Of a stretch of DNA of 64,000 bases, positions 51,732-64,000 are shown in pieces. The translations under genes and the position numbers were made by a program. The notes beneath the pieces are model-generated. The model was not told the DNA's origin. It worked only from the letters and a program-made list of their open reading frames with translations, and did not search any database. Each line of letters opens with the position of its first letter. Position 1 is the first letter of the stretch. Origin of the DNA: Podarcis melisellensis (Eukaryota); the NCBI GenBank assembly GCA_964234715.1, contig OZ174282.1, one strand, 5' to 3'.

Positions 51732-52596
51732 ATACTTGCAGTGACATAAAAACTGCAAACTCGACCAAGCTTATGATTAGCAAGATAAACGACTTACTAG
51801 TTTGGAGAAGTTGTTAGTTTACTGAAAACCCCAGACAGAAACTTTAAGGGTTATTGGAAACCCTTTATTATTGACATTGCACTCAGAATTTAGGATTCTT
51901 TTTGGCAGCTTGGGCCCAAGCCATATAGGGCTTTATAGGTCATAACCAGCACTTTGAATTCTGTATGGAAACTTGCACAAAGCTTACACTATGTCACAGG
52001 GCTGGCCCACCCATGAAATGGGGTGAAGTAGCCGCTATGGGCATTGGAAGCCCCCCAAAACAGGGCCCCCAAGGCACAACACACCCTGCCTCCTCTACCA
52101 CTCGCAGAAAAGCCACACTGATTTCCAGCAAGATCTCACCAAGATCTTGTGAGATCTCATGCACTCCACAATATCCCATGAGAGTTTGGCAAAGTCTCAT
52201 GAGATTTTGCGAGATCTCACTGGAAATCGGCACCAGTGCCGACACCACTTCAACACCGGTGGCGGCAGTGGCACAGGAAGTGTGATGGCGGCAGGTTAGG
52301 ATGGCACTTCCTGTTCCACCTCAAGTGGTGAAACAGGATATGCCGCCCCCGTTATGTCTGGTCTTCCTTGAGCATTCATTCTCATTTGTTTGTGGGGCGA
52401 TACTACAATAATTTGCTTCTGTGGAGTTTATACATCTTCCTGCAAATCCTTTGTTTAGTTCACACTTCTCACTTTCCTTACCATAAAATGACTGGGTTTT
52501 TGTTTTGTTTTGAAGTGGATTTCTTGTGCTAGGGCAACAGAGTGCTGTAATCCACTTTAATTGTGCAAAAGTAACTTTCTGGTATGCCCTGAAATC

Positions 52597-52883
52597 ATGC
52601 ACAGAAAACATGGGTACTTGGTGAAGCCAGACTGTTGTCCCAACAAAAAGTTCACCATCTTCAGGTCAACACAAATAAACCACTTCTGCTGATCATAACC
52701 AATTTTCTCCAGCACATACTTCACCGCTTCATAGTTCTCCTTCAGTGTAGTCGAGTGAGCCAGGGGTATAGAGGCAAACTGGTTGCCGTTGTGTAGCAGA
52801 ACACATTTCAGTGATCGCTTGTTGCTGTCAATGAACAGTCTCCAATCTTTGGGTTCGTACTGTGACACTCCAAGCTTGAGCAT
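52597..52883 (-). mobile_element. DNA transposase fragment, probably CMC/Chapaev-3 type
   Basis: WRLFIDSNKRSLKCVLLHNGN...SIPLAHS...W.ICVDLKMVNFLLGQQSGFTKYPCFLC; motif recognised from memory. Truncated on both sides. Confidence 0.7.
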
Positions 52884-53240
52884 AGGTAAAAAAGGTAAAG
52901 GACCCCTGGACGGTTAAGTCCAGTCAAAGGTGACTGGGGCTGGGTGCTCATCTCACTTTCAGGCCGAGGGAGCCGGTGTTTGTCTGCAGACAGCTTTCCA
53001 GGTCATGTGGCCAGCATGACTAAATCGCTTCTGGCACAATGAAACAATGTGATGGAAACCAGAGTGCATGGAAACACCATTTACCTTCCCGCCGGAGTGG
53101 TACCTATTTACCTACTTGCACTGGTTTGTGCTTTCGAAATGCTAGGTTGGCAGGAGCTGGGACAGAGCAACGGGAGCTCAATCCATTGTGGGGATTCGAA
53201 CTGCTGACCTTCTGATCGGCAAGCCCAAGAGGCACAGCAA
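52884..53240 (-). mobile_element. Sauria SINE
   Basis: Reverse-complement tail GGTAAAAAAGGTAAAGG and conserved core. Confidence 0.85.
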
Positions 53241-54569
53241 CAACCTCATTACAGCGGGTTGGACTAAGTGATCCTCAAGGTCCCTTCCAACTCTACAGTT
53301 CTATGATTCCATTATTTCTTTACAAAAGCGGGAAAAGTATTATGTGACACCTGTAACGGGGCCTGTTCCACTGAACGCTGATGGCTTCAGCAGACTCTAG
53401 GTAGCCGTGCCAACCAAGCAGGGGTGGAATGTGGGTAACTGACCTTGTATGTGCTTATCAGAGATGCCATCTGCAGAAATCAGCAGCGGCTTTTCTTCCT
53501 GGAATGAAACTAGACCTTATCACCCACTAAGACTTGAAAACCAACCTTCTTTTAAAAGGACACCGCCTGGGATTGGTTCCAGATTGGAAACTCTTAATAC
53601 TGGACCCATTCAAAAGAACTACAGTATCGGCCAAATTTTTTGCACACATGCCTGCACAACCGTGCTCATTTATTAGCTAACAAAATAACTCACAGGCCTA
53701 GTCTAATCTAATCCAGGGATGAGCAATTTTAAGATTTGCAGTATCTACTTAGTTAATTAGTTAGTTAAATTAAAAGCTAGTGTCCATCATCTGGAAGTTA
53801 GTGCAATGGGGTCTTGTGGTTTCTTGAAGACTGAGGGTGCTTCCAGGTGTGATTTGATTGTGGAATTCCCACTACAGCCATACCTTGGTTCTCAAATGGA
53901 ATCCATTCCAGAAATCCGTTCAACTTCCGAAAACATTCAAAAACCAAGGCGCAGCTTCCGATTGGCCACCGGAGCTTCTGCCGCGTCAGATGTTCGGGTT
54001 CCAAAGAACGTTTGCAAACTGGAACACTCACTTCCGGGTTTGCGGCATTAGGGAGCCAAAATGTTTGAGTCGCAAGGCGTTCATGAACCAAGATACAACT
54101 GTACTCATGTACACAGGTCCCACCCCCCGCAGTGTTCACACAATGCCACCATCGGCAAAAAGCCTGGCCAAATACATTCCTTTAAATATTCACAGAACAA
54201 TCCTAACAATAGAAAGCTGGCACAACTTTTGCTGCTGCTGTGTCATGTTGGGTTAACTTAACTCCAATTCCAAACTCTGTTCATGAGGAGCTTGATTTAC
54301 GATGAAGCAGCATCTCTTTGGTTTGGCAGGTCACATAATCAAGCTGGTAGGGTTGGAACAGGTGTAAGATTCTCCTGTCCTTGGGCCACCTCCACTACAC
54401 GTGCCAGGATGCCCCCTTTGGGGCCTTATACCGGTTTCTGATCTAGGATGAGGGAGTTATGCCAGCAGATCTCGGGCTCAGCCAAGGGGAGGGGCTTTTG
54501 CTGGCGCAGCCCTGGCTCAGCCAGAAACGCCCAACCAAGAACCCGCCAATTCCAAACTCTCTCATCCCA

Positions 54570-54770
54570 GTGGTGCATGGAAATGCCATTTACCTTCCCG
54601 CTGCAGCAGTACCTGTTTATCTACTTGCACTGGTGTGCTTTTGAGCTGCTAGGTTGGCAGGAGCTGGGACAGAGCAACGGGAGCTCACCCCATTGCAGGG
54701 ATTTGAACCGCCGACCTGACTGGCAAGTCCCAGAAGCTCAGTGGTTTAGACCACAGCACCACCCCTCTGC
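54570..54770 (-). mobile_element. Sauria SINE fragment
   Basis: Core and head similar to 5200-5396. Confidence 0.8.
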
Positions 54771-55435
54771 CTGCTAAATTTTGAGAACCCTGCCGGCAGC
54801 AGCTGTTCTCTCAAGATTTCCACCCCTTGTCCTTTTAGTGCACCCCCCCCCCCAGGGAGTGGTACTGCCCCCTTTGGCAACCGCTGGTCTAAACTACGGC
54901 CAGGCAGCAGCCGCCACAACACCTGCAGCTCTGTTACTCAAGCCACCCTGGGCATCTCAGAGTTGCTGAAAACCACCATCCCAGCCTCACCTCCTCATCT
55001 CCTGTAAGTCACTCTTAGCCGCATGCTACCCCAGTGTGAGTCGAACAATGGGTTGTGCTTAAATTTATATTACATGGCATTTTTTTAAAAAATGACTTTT
55101 CCCACCAGAAATAAAAGCCTGATTTAGAAGAGAAGGAACAGTTTTCTTTACAACACCTTTTTGCTTGGGAAACAGAGCAAATTTAAATACATGTCTCATA
55201 TTTGGACAACGGAGCTGTCTGTCTCACTTTATAAACCCAATGACTCTCAAAGGAGAGGTAAAATAGATCTATGACTGCCACCTAGTGGATAGATTAGCAA
55301 GCTGCTACTTGTTCTTGTAAGTCATTGGTCTTCAATTGACGTTTTATTTTTATTCTTTATGGTTCAGAGATGTAATCAAGAAAAGGAGGCATGAATATTT
55401 CAGGGGGAAAGGGTCTATAACAGCACAGCAAAGTA

Positions 55436-55720
55436 ATGGGGTGAGCTCCTGTTGCTCTGTCGCAGCCTAGCAGTTCGAAAGCACACCAGTGCAAGTAGAT
55501 AAATAGGTACCACTGCGGCGGGAAGGTAAACAACCTTTCTGTGCGCTCTGCTTTCCATCACAGTGTCCCGTTGCGCCAGAAGCCGTTTACCCATGCTGGC
55601 CACAACTGGAAAGCTGTCTGTGGACAAAAGCCGGCTCCCTCGGCCTAAAAGCGAGATGAGTGCTGCAACCCCATAGTCGCCTTTGACTGGACATAACTAT
55701 CCAGGGGTCCTTTACCTTTA
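55436..55720 (+). mobile_element. Sauria SINE fragment
   Basis: Core and CCTTTACCTTTA tail. Confidence 0.8.
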
Positions 55721-55813
55721 ATAATGAAAACAAATTTTATGCTGTCAGGCACAGGTCATGGTGATGCCAGGTGAAATTTCAGTATTGTATACAGTATACA
55801 GTATAAGGTTTGG

Positions 55814-56389
55814 TGTGCTGGTCCCGGGGGGAAGGTTACCGTTGGCGTAGTCAAAGTCCAGTCCTGGGTCACTAGCCTGGAACCAGTTCACAAGGAGCGG
55901 GGCGAGGTCCGAAGCAGGAAGCCGGGCGGGGATAGGAACACTGGAGGGTCAGGTCTGGGTCTGGGCAGGAACAGGTACTCAACAACGACGTTGCTCCCGC
56001 AACCTGGGATCAGGCTGACTGGCCTTTATCTTCTCTGAGGCCAGGGGCGGTTCTGGCCCCCAGGAAACCCGCCTCTCCTGGCCTTAAGGCGAGCACTCCT
56101 CCTGGGAGAAACCAGTTCCCTTCGCCTCTCTGCCCTGAGCCTCTGCAGTTCAGGAGAGGCTGAAGGGTTACTGGGCCCAGGGGGAGACTCACCTGTAGGT
56201 ACTGAGTCCTCAACCACCTCTGGAGCCAGAGTGGATTCACCTGGTGCCTGCTCCTGAAGATCCGGCACAAGTGCAGGCGCTTCAGAATCAAGGCCCTGCC
56301 CCAGTTCAGCCAGCCCTGGAGGCGGGGACTCCTGTGCAGGCTGGGATTCCTCCGGTTCAGCCTCTGAATCGGATTTCCAGGCCATCACA
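55814..56389. mobile_element. Solo LTR (possibly Gypsy-type)
   Basis: TGTG...CACA termini with 5-bp TSD TTTGG (55809-55813 and 56390-56394). Confidence 0.75.
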
Positions 56390-57189
56390 TTTGGGGAGGA
56401 GAGGTAGGGGGAGAGGGGGAGAGTAAACTTATATTATTTTACTTAGTGTATGTGGGAAGTTTGTGTGTCAGCATCACTTGGGTAGGTTCTCTTTCTATTC
56501 ATTTTTTGTTTTCCCTTGGCAGTGAGGGAGGTTGGGGCGAGGGGCAGGATATGTTTGGTTGTCTTTAGTTGACTGCAGGGTATTGAGGAGGGCTTGGAAA
56601 TATCCTTTATCTTATTCTACTTCCTCCTCCACCCTTTTCTTCCCCTCTAGCTAGAGAACAATTAGGATATGCCCCAGACTCTCATGCAGGTGCCCAGTCT
56701 GGGATGCTGGGAGTTCTAGTCCAAACATCTTCAGGAAGACTGCAGGGATAATATTCATTATTGTTTATATATACAATTAAGATAATAAATCCAGTTCAGT
56801 GTTGGTCCTTTGTTCTTTATTTTAAGACGTTGTAGTGGTTTCATGGTGCCCAGCCATGTTTTCTTTTTATGAGTTGGTGGTTAATAAATATTGTTATAAA
56901 TTAAATAATATAATAAAATTAACGCTTGCGTGCACCCCTTAATTAATTCCTCCACCTGCCCACCCCCCATGCATCAACAGCCCTCAATATTTTTATTTCC
57001 CCACCACCAGAATAAAACAAAGAGCCATTTCCCCCCCATTCAGCACTCATTGTTTGCATCACTATGCTGCCCCCTTCGTCCCCATTCATCTGTTGTGATG
57101 TCATCACAGAGCCATTGTAGTTTCCTAGGCGACTATAGTCAACAATTGTTCCCCCAACCCCTTTCCGTATCCACCTCCCATGAGTTACA

Positions 57190-60100
57190 ATGGCTTCCTT
57201 AGTTCCAGAGACTTTGGATAACCCGCCTCGGCCTTCAGGTGATAGATCTGGGAAGAATATTGCAGGGTCTGGGAGGGAAAGCCAGAGCCCAACTAGCTGT
57301 AGGAAAAACAAAAGAGAGTCGAGACCGGGAACCGGGAGTTCCATGGCCCAATTCAGCCTCCTAAATTGTGCTGGCTGACCCTAAACGGACAACCCAGAGG
57401 AAGGTGTGGTGGCTCTCAAAATGGAAGCCCTTGGTGGAGTTCTTTGAGAAGAAGGGGCCTGGTTGAACACTGTGTGATCTTCAAGGAGAACTAGTAGTTG
57501 AAATGAAGTACAGAGGAATGATGGAGACCCACTTTTGCCAACCTGGAGCTTTGCAGATGGTTTGGTCAACAACTCCCAGCAGCTCCAGTGGCAGCCCAAA
57601 ACATCTGGAATGGTCCAGGCCTGCAAAGGCTGATGGACTCCACAAATCAATGCCACTCATAAGAAAGCTGGACCCATGTACACTGTCCAAGTTTTTCACC
57701 TTTCTCATCAGCTTCTTCATTGCCTATCGGCCACTCTCCATCTGTCACATTCTCTCAAGTTCCTTTATCCATCCATCCCTTTATTTTTGATGGTCATCAT
57801 CTTTCCCCCTGCTTTCATTTGCCAAGCCCACTTCCAAGCTTACACATCTTGACTCTCTCAAGGTCAAGTTTGAACGAATGGCTGGTTGGCTGGCTTATTA
57901 TTATCCTTAACAAACTGCCTGGCCCAATAGGATTGACCTCAGCTATACACATCAATGCACCCCTCCCCCAAAAAATCACCCTGCCTAAAAAAAATAAAAC
58001 ACACTCCAAATAATTCAAGGATAAAGCACAAAAAGAAAACCAGTAAGACAAGGCCTATCATTCATCCAGTTCACCTTTAAAAGGGCTTGGTAAATGAAAA
58101 GGTCTTGGACCTATCAGTAAATTTTATTGGAAAGGGGTGGGGAGTAATAACTGTTGGGTAGAATAGGTGCCACTATTGAAAAAGCTTTGTGTGGAGATAT
58201 GTTGCATCCAGTGATTTTTTTTCTTTTAAAATGTTTAGGGGTACTCTCATTTTCCTACTCATATTGAAATACTGCCCCTCAATGAGGCCAAACTTAGATT
58301 CACAAAATGTTTAGGGGTATGTGTACCCCTGCGTCCCCCCCAGAAAAAAGCACTGGTTCCATCTACAGAGATCTTCCTTCTTTTTGCAAAACTATTGCCC
58401 TATCTATCTGGAGATTTACAGGTGGTCAGTTTAGCTTACTAGATAAACTGGTCATTCTTTTGGGTCGTCACTATGTTCCTCTCAAACAAGTCCTCTAGAC
58501 TTGAGAGAGAGAGTTGTGGGTGTGGGTGTGTGCATGTGTCTTATCTTATTTGTGCTGGAGCATGGAGAAAGTCAGCAAAAGTGACAATCTCTCCTACTGT
58601 TCTAAAGGAGCTCTCCACTGTTTCATACTTACTCTAAATCACAGCACAAATGAGATCTCTAGGGCAGTGTTTCCCAAACGTTTTTGGGCAACGGCACACC
58701 TGTTTACTGAAAAAAAATCTCGCGGCACACCACCATTAAAGCCCCGCCCCGTGACGTCAGCGCGCAGCGTCACGCCGGGAGGGACGCACAAAAGTGAAAG
58801 TTTTTTCCCTCCCCCTTGCTGGGGAACCTCCAAGCTTTGGGGGTGGGAGGAGGCAGCAGAGCGAGGGACTGAGGGACGGCGGCAACTGAGGCGGCGGCGG
58901 CTGAGGCAGAGCTGGGAAGGGGGTTTCCAGGGGACACGGCAGCTCCTCGAAAGGCTTCTCTCAGCTGCGCTCAATCCGCCTCGGAGAGGATTTCCCCTCC
59001 GGTCCCATGCGTTCGTTTGGGGCATCGCTCCGGCTGCTCCCTCTCCCGCCGCGCAGGAGCGATGCCTCTCTCTGGCTCTCCCTCCGCGCAGGCTGAGGGA
59101 GGGAGGGAGGGGCGCGTGTGACTCGTCTCTGCTGGGAGACCAAACCCAGCGAGGCAGAGTCGCGCGGAGGCGCCCAGGCAGCGCTGCCGGCTGCGAGGAG
59201 GAGCGCCAGGCAGCAGCAGGAGGCGCGGCCTCTCCTCGCCGCCGCCGCCCCGCCTCTCGCCGCCCGACTCGCCCGCCTCCCTCCAGGCATCTCGCGGCAC
59301 ACGAGGCAACGTCTCACGGCACACTCGTGTGCCGCGGAACACCGGTTGGGAAACACTGCTCTAGGGAGGATATCTGTAGTATCCAGAGACTCAGAGTAGG
59401 ATGTCTTCAGCAAGCAAATGAGTGGATTTGCTGCCATTCGATCCTGACCCTTTGGGTTGTACACTCACAGGTGATGAAGGGATCCCAGGTCTCCCTGCCC
59501 CGCTGCAACAGGGCAAGCCCCTCCCCATTGCAGGAAGTGGTACCAAGCCTGGGGGAGGGAACCCCTCGCAAGACTTCCTGCTTCCTCCACCTCTTCTGCC
59601 GTCGCCCCATCTCTTTAGCCAGGCGGCTCCACACAACACCTCTCCCGGAGTTGTCTACAGCCTGCCCGGCTCCACCGCAGCAACCACCTCATCACCCCCG
59701 AGGCTGGTCCAAACTCTCCCGGGCTCCTTCCCAGATATCTACGATGGAGACATGAAAAGGTGGGAGGACCATTTCCGCAGCATCCAGAGAGCCTACAAAG
59801 AGTTTGGCAAAGAGGATGACTTTGCGATCCGGGTGCTCACTGAAGATTTCACCCTCCCGTTCCCTTTCGCCTGGCCCAGCAAGGGCGAGGCGTCCCGGCA
59901 GCTGGCGTACGACCCCTCGGACTGCTCCGGCTTCGATTTCTTCCTGCACCCAGGGCAACCGGTCCCTCACCTCCTCCAGCCACTGCATGCCACCACCCAG
60001 GCATTCTTCAAGAAGAGGCGTCTGGAGCAACTGGCTCTCAGTTACGCCAGCAAAGCGTCCCTCGCCGGCGCTCCTGGGCTGCCCACGCCGCAAGAAACGA

Positions 60101-60306
60101 GTCCCACCTTGCGGCCAGACATCATGGTCATCACCAGCGTGCCCTGCGTGGCTGCCGCTGCAGCTCCCGGCGAGCCACCTTTCCTCCTGCAAGACGGCAA
60201 AGGCCACAGGAACATCCAACCTGCCCCAATAGCTATCCCAAGCTCAGCACCAATGCAGTCCATCAACCTCCAGTTCATGAGCCCCACGCACCATGGGCAG
60301 TTTTAG
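57190..60306 (+). CDS. C8orf90: C8orf90-like uncharacterised protein; proposed exons 57190-57238 and 59471-60306 (~294 aa)
   Basis: ORF 59422-60306 contains FPDIYDGDMKRWEDHFRSIQRAYKEFGKEDDFAIRVLTEDFTLPFPFAWP...LLQPLHATTQAFFKKRRLEQLALS, which I recognise from memory as the conserved core of human C8orf90 (no search run). An acceptor (CTGAC branch...CTCACAG|) at 59470 is phase 1 and fits an upstream exon MASLVPETLDNPPRPSG ending CAG|GTGATA, also phase 1. Exon 1 is less certain than exon 2. Confidence 0.72.
58665..59358. mobile_element. Young non-autonomous hAT transposon
   Basis: TIRs CAGTGTTTCCCAA / TTGGGAAACACTG; perfect 8-bp TSD CTCTAGGG (58657-58664 and 59359-59366); CpG-rich interior. Confidence 0.9.
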
Positions 60307-62059
60307 TCCTCTTGGACATTCTAGATCAAAGGAAGGCAACCTGGTGCTCTCCAGGTATTGAGCTCCCATCAGCCCTTGTAGCTTGGATATTAGTCAGGGG
60401 TGATGGAAACATCTGCAGGGCATCATGTTGACCACTATTCCAGATGTTAGCAATAGTCCCCAAGCAGGACGTATTTTAAAGACTTTTTAAAAGACCCAAC
60501 ACCTTCATCCCAGCTCTTCTCAAAATTGGTGCTCTGAACATCTGAGGCTAGCAGCTGAGCTGCTAAACACTTTGCGTCCAGCTAGAGATGTCCACCTTGC
60601 AACCCGAGTCTGGCTCCCTAGAGAGGACATTAATAAAAAAAAGCTTTCTGTCTTCCACTCCGTAGAGCTTTGGTGTTGAGATCATTGGGATGGGGGCAGG
60701 CGCTGTCCAATAGTCACTTGCTTTTATGTAAAAATACCTATACACCAATCTGTAGATTGGACTACTGCAATATGCTCTATGCAGGGGCTGCCCTTGAAGA
60801 TGGGCAGCTGGTATAGAATTTTGTGGCCTGATTCTTCCAACAGAAAAGACCACACAAAGAAGGTGTTTGTATTGCCACAGCTGTCCAGGATGCCACCAAG
60901 CTACTGGACCCAATTCAAGGTGGTTGCAATTACCTTTAAACCCTAAGCAGTCTTGAGCCTAGCATGCCTTAGGGAGAACATCCTCCCACTTCTTCCTACC
61001 CTTGCTCTCAGGTCCAGGGACAGTGGAAGAGTCTCCCTTGGGAGATTATGGACTCTCCTTCATTTGAGGCTTTTAAGCAGAGCTTAGATGGTCCTGTCAC
61101 CTAGATGACCCTTCGAGTCCCCTCAAACTCTACAATTCTATGAAACCTCAGCTACTGTAACGTCCTTTAGGAAGGTGTGTGGCTTCACTGAATGGTGGAG
61201 GGTCTTCTCAGTGGTAGAACCTATATTGTGGAAGAATCTTCCCAGAGGAGATCACTTGTTCTCTTTACTATTCATGTTTTACCAGAAAATGAAGACAAAC
61301 CTGTTTTCCAACCCCTCCACAGACAAAGTATCTGCTGATTTGTGTTTGGGGTGTTTTGCTCTAGCTGTTACCAATAATTTCCTTGCTGTGCTGGATTTTG
61401 TTTTTTGTAAATGGTTTTCTATTTCTTTCGTTGGTCGTTTTAGTTTAGCTTTGCTGCACACCACCAAGAGTGCTTTGTAGAAAAGCAGCAAACATTTAAA
61501 ATAAATTTAAAAATTCAGAAGTGCTGTGAGGGAGGGTGGACAGGAAAGTAGATCCTCTTTGTTCTTCTGTCCTCATCGTCACACAACTGATTAAATGTAT
61601 CCACCAAAGTTGGACACCCCTTCTAGATCCGCACTGTGGATTCCAAGCTGTAGCAGATGGGAGTGATCTGATCCCCACAATGTTTGGCAGTGTGGTCAGC
61701 ATGAGCTGCAGAGGATGCTTTCGCCTTTGGAATAAGATGTTACAGCCCAAGACAAGCTCGCTGGGGAAAACTGGATGGCGTCAAAGACTGGTTAGATCCC
61801 AAGGATCGGTGGGAGGAACCGGCTGGGGAACCACCAAGGGAAGAAGGCTCAGAGCCCGGAGAGCGGTGGTGGGACAGTGATGAGTGGTCAGAGGAGAAGA
61901 GAGAGAAGACTGGGAAGAGGTGGTGTTGGAAGTTGAAGGGGTAACAGGGCTTAGTGAGCGGGGCGAGTCTTTGGCAGAGAGCAGTACAGAATGAGAGGCG
62001 GAAGCTGAAGCAGGTGAGGAGGCAGGAGAGAGGCCAAGAGGCAGAGATAATATTAATAT

Positions 62060-63375
62060 TAACAACAACAACAACAATTTATTATTTATACCCCCACCAC
62101 TCTGGGCGGCTTCCAACAAAACACTAAAATACAATAACCTATTAAACATTAAAAGCTTCCCTAAACAGGGTTGCCTTCAGATGTCTTCTAAAAGTTTAGT
62201 AGTTATTTTTCCCTTTGACATCTGGTGGGAGGGCGTTCTACAGGGCGGGTGCCACTACCGAGAAGGCCCTCTGCCTGGTTCCCTGTAACTTGGTTTCTCG
62301 CAGCGAGGGAACCACCAGAAGGCCCTCGACACTGGACCTCAGTGTCTGGGCAGAACGATGGAGGTGGAGACGCTCCTTCCGGTATACTGGACCAAGGCCG
62401 TTTAGGGCTTTAAAGATCAGCACCAACACTTTGAATTGTGCTTGGAAACGTACTGGGAGCTAATGTAGGTCTTTCAAGACCGGTGTTATATGGTCTTGGC
62501 AGCCACTCCCAGTCACCAGTCTGGCTGCCGCGTTCTGGATTAGTTGTAGTTTGTGGGTCACCTTCAAAGGTAGCCCCACGTAGAGCGCGTTGCAGTAGTC
62601 CAAGCGGGAGATAACTAGAGCATGCACCACTCTGGCGAGACAGTCCGCAGGCAGATAGGGTCTCAGCGTACCAGATGGAGCTGGTAAACAGCTGCCCTGG
62701 ACACGGATTTGACCTGTGCCTCCATGGACAGCTGTGAGTCCAAAATGACTCCCAGGCTGTGCACCTGGTCCTTCAGGGGCACAGTTACCCCATTCAGGAC
62801 CAGGGAATCCTCCACACCTGCCCACCTCCTGTTCCCCAAAAACAGTACTTCTGTCTTGTCAGGATTCAACCTCGATCTGTTAGCCGCCATCCATCCTCCA
62901 ACCACCTCCAGACACTCACACAGGACCTTCACCGCCTTCACTGGTTCTGATTTTACAGAGAGGTAGAGCTGGGTATCATCCGCATACTGATGAACACCCA
63001 GCCCAAACCCCCTGATGATCTCTCCCAGCGGCTGCATGTAGATGTTGAAAAGCATAGGGGAGAGGACAGAACCCTGAGGCACCCCACAAGTGAGAGCCCA
63101 GGGGTCTGAACACTCATCCCCCCCCACCACTTTCTGAACACGGCCCAGGAGGAAGGAGCGAAACCACTGTATGACAGTGCCCCCAGTTCCCAGCCCCTCA
63201 GGACAGTCCAGAAGGATGTTATGGTTGATGGTATCAAACGCCGCTGAGAGATCCAGCAGAACTAGGAAACAGCTCTCACCTTTGTCCCTAGCCTGCCGGA
63301 GATCATCAACCAGTGCGACCATGGCAGTTTCAGTCCCATGATGAGGCCTGAATCCCGACTGGAAGGGATCCAGGC
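62060..63375 (-). mobile_element. L2-clade LINE, 5'-truncated, with reverse transcriptase fragment
   Basis: QSGFRPHHGTETA, LLDLSAAFDT, GVPQGSVLSP, YADDTQLY and the L2-typical RLDYCNAL / LQLIQNAAARL; frameshifts and stops present. Confidence 0.9.
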
Positions 63376-63444
63376 CAAAAAGAGCAGGTGATGTCACAAG
63401 GCTGTCAGTCCTGAACTGCAGGGAAGAGAGACCCACTCGGGGAA

Positions 63445-63565
63445 GTCCTGTAGCTTAGTGGTAGAGCATCTTGAAGGTCCCAGGTTCAATCCCTGGCATC
63501 TCCAGGTAAAGGTGTGAATGTCCTCAAAGAGCTGCTGCCAGTCAGTGTGGACAAAATTGACCTAG
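63445..63565 (+). mobile_element. tRNA-derived SINE (Squam3-like)
   Basis: TAGCTTAGTGGTAGAGCATC...CCCAGGTTCAATCCCTGGCATCTCCAGGT...GAGCTGCTGCCAGTCAGTGT. Confidence 0.65.
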
Positions 63566-64000
63566 AGCCGTGTTTCTCAAAACTTGTTTGACTTTTGTTG
63601 GACTACAACTCCCACCATCCCTAGGGGTCAGAAGGGACTAATGGGGTGGGAAGGACCAGGGGTCAGAAGGGACTAATGGTCGGACTCGGTAAGACAGTTT
63701 CCCATAATAACCACGTAATAACAGAGAAAAATAATTAAGAAGCTCCCCCAATCGTTAACTCTTAGCTTGAGTCAGATAGGAGACCTGGAAGGTCACATTT
63801 CCCTCCCACCCCAACCCATAGCTGTCAACCTTCCCTTTTTTTGGAGGGAAATTCCCTTATTCCAGCGCCGTTTCCCGCTGCTATCCCGGATTGTTAGATA
63901 TCCCATAGACTGTCCCCGGGACAGGTGAGGCTGCTGATCCCTTTTTTTCAAATCTGAAAGTTGACAGCTGTGCCCCACCCCCAGTTGCCCTAATGTTCCC

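Noticed and set aside
56026-56388. 120-aa Pro/Glu-rich ORF
   Set aside because: It lies wholly inside a TG...CA element with a 5-bp TSD (solo LTR), so it is not a host gene.
58514-59755. 413-aa plus-strand ORF and overlapping minus-strand ORFs
   Set aside because: They run through a GC-rich hAT element with TIRs and a TSD, are low complexity, and are out of frame with the conserved C8orf90-like coding region.

Overview
Vertebrate genomic DNA, most likely a squamate (lizard), inferred from multiple Sauria SINEs plus L2, CR1, RTE and Penelope fragments and many DNA-transposon MITEs. Almost all listed ORFs are spurious. The main content is invisible to the ORF track: two tandem minus-strand genes for secreted proteins built from tiny symmetric (phase 0-0) exons. 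Gene A (ATG 50950, stop 17873) has a signal-peptide exon, 40 internal exons of 18-81 nt, a stop exon and a probable UTR-only last exon; it assembles by hand into a stop-free ~468-aa Pro/Gln/Gly/Tyr-rich protein. Gene B (ATG 6964, running off the window start) has a TATA box, a signal-peptide exon and 12-30-nt exons encoding GGLLG-type repeats. A probable two-exon C8orf90-like gene lies divergently on the plus strand (57190-60306). All gene models come from manual splice-site reading and have no transcript support here. Family assignment (SCPP/casein-like, KRTDAP/DMKN/SBSN-like, or new) is unresolved.
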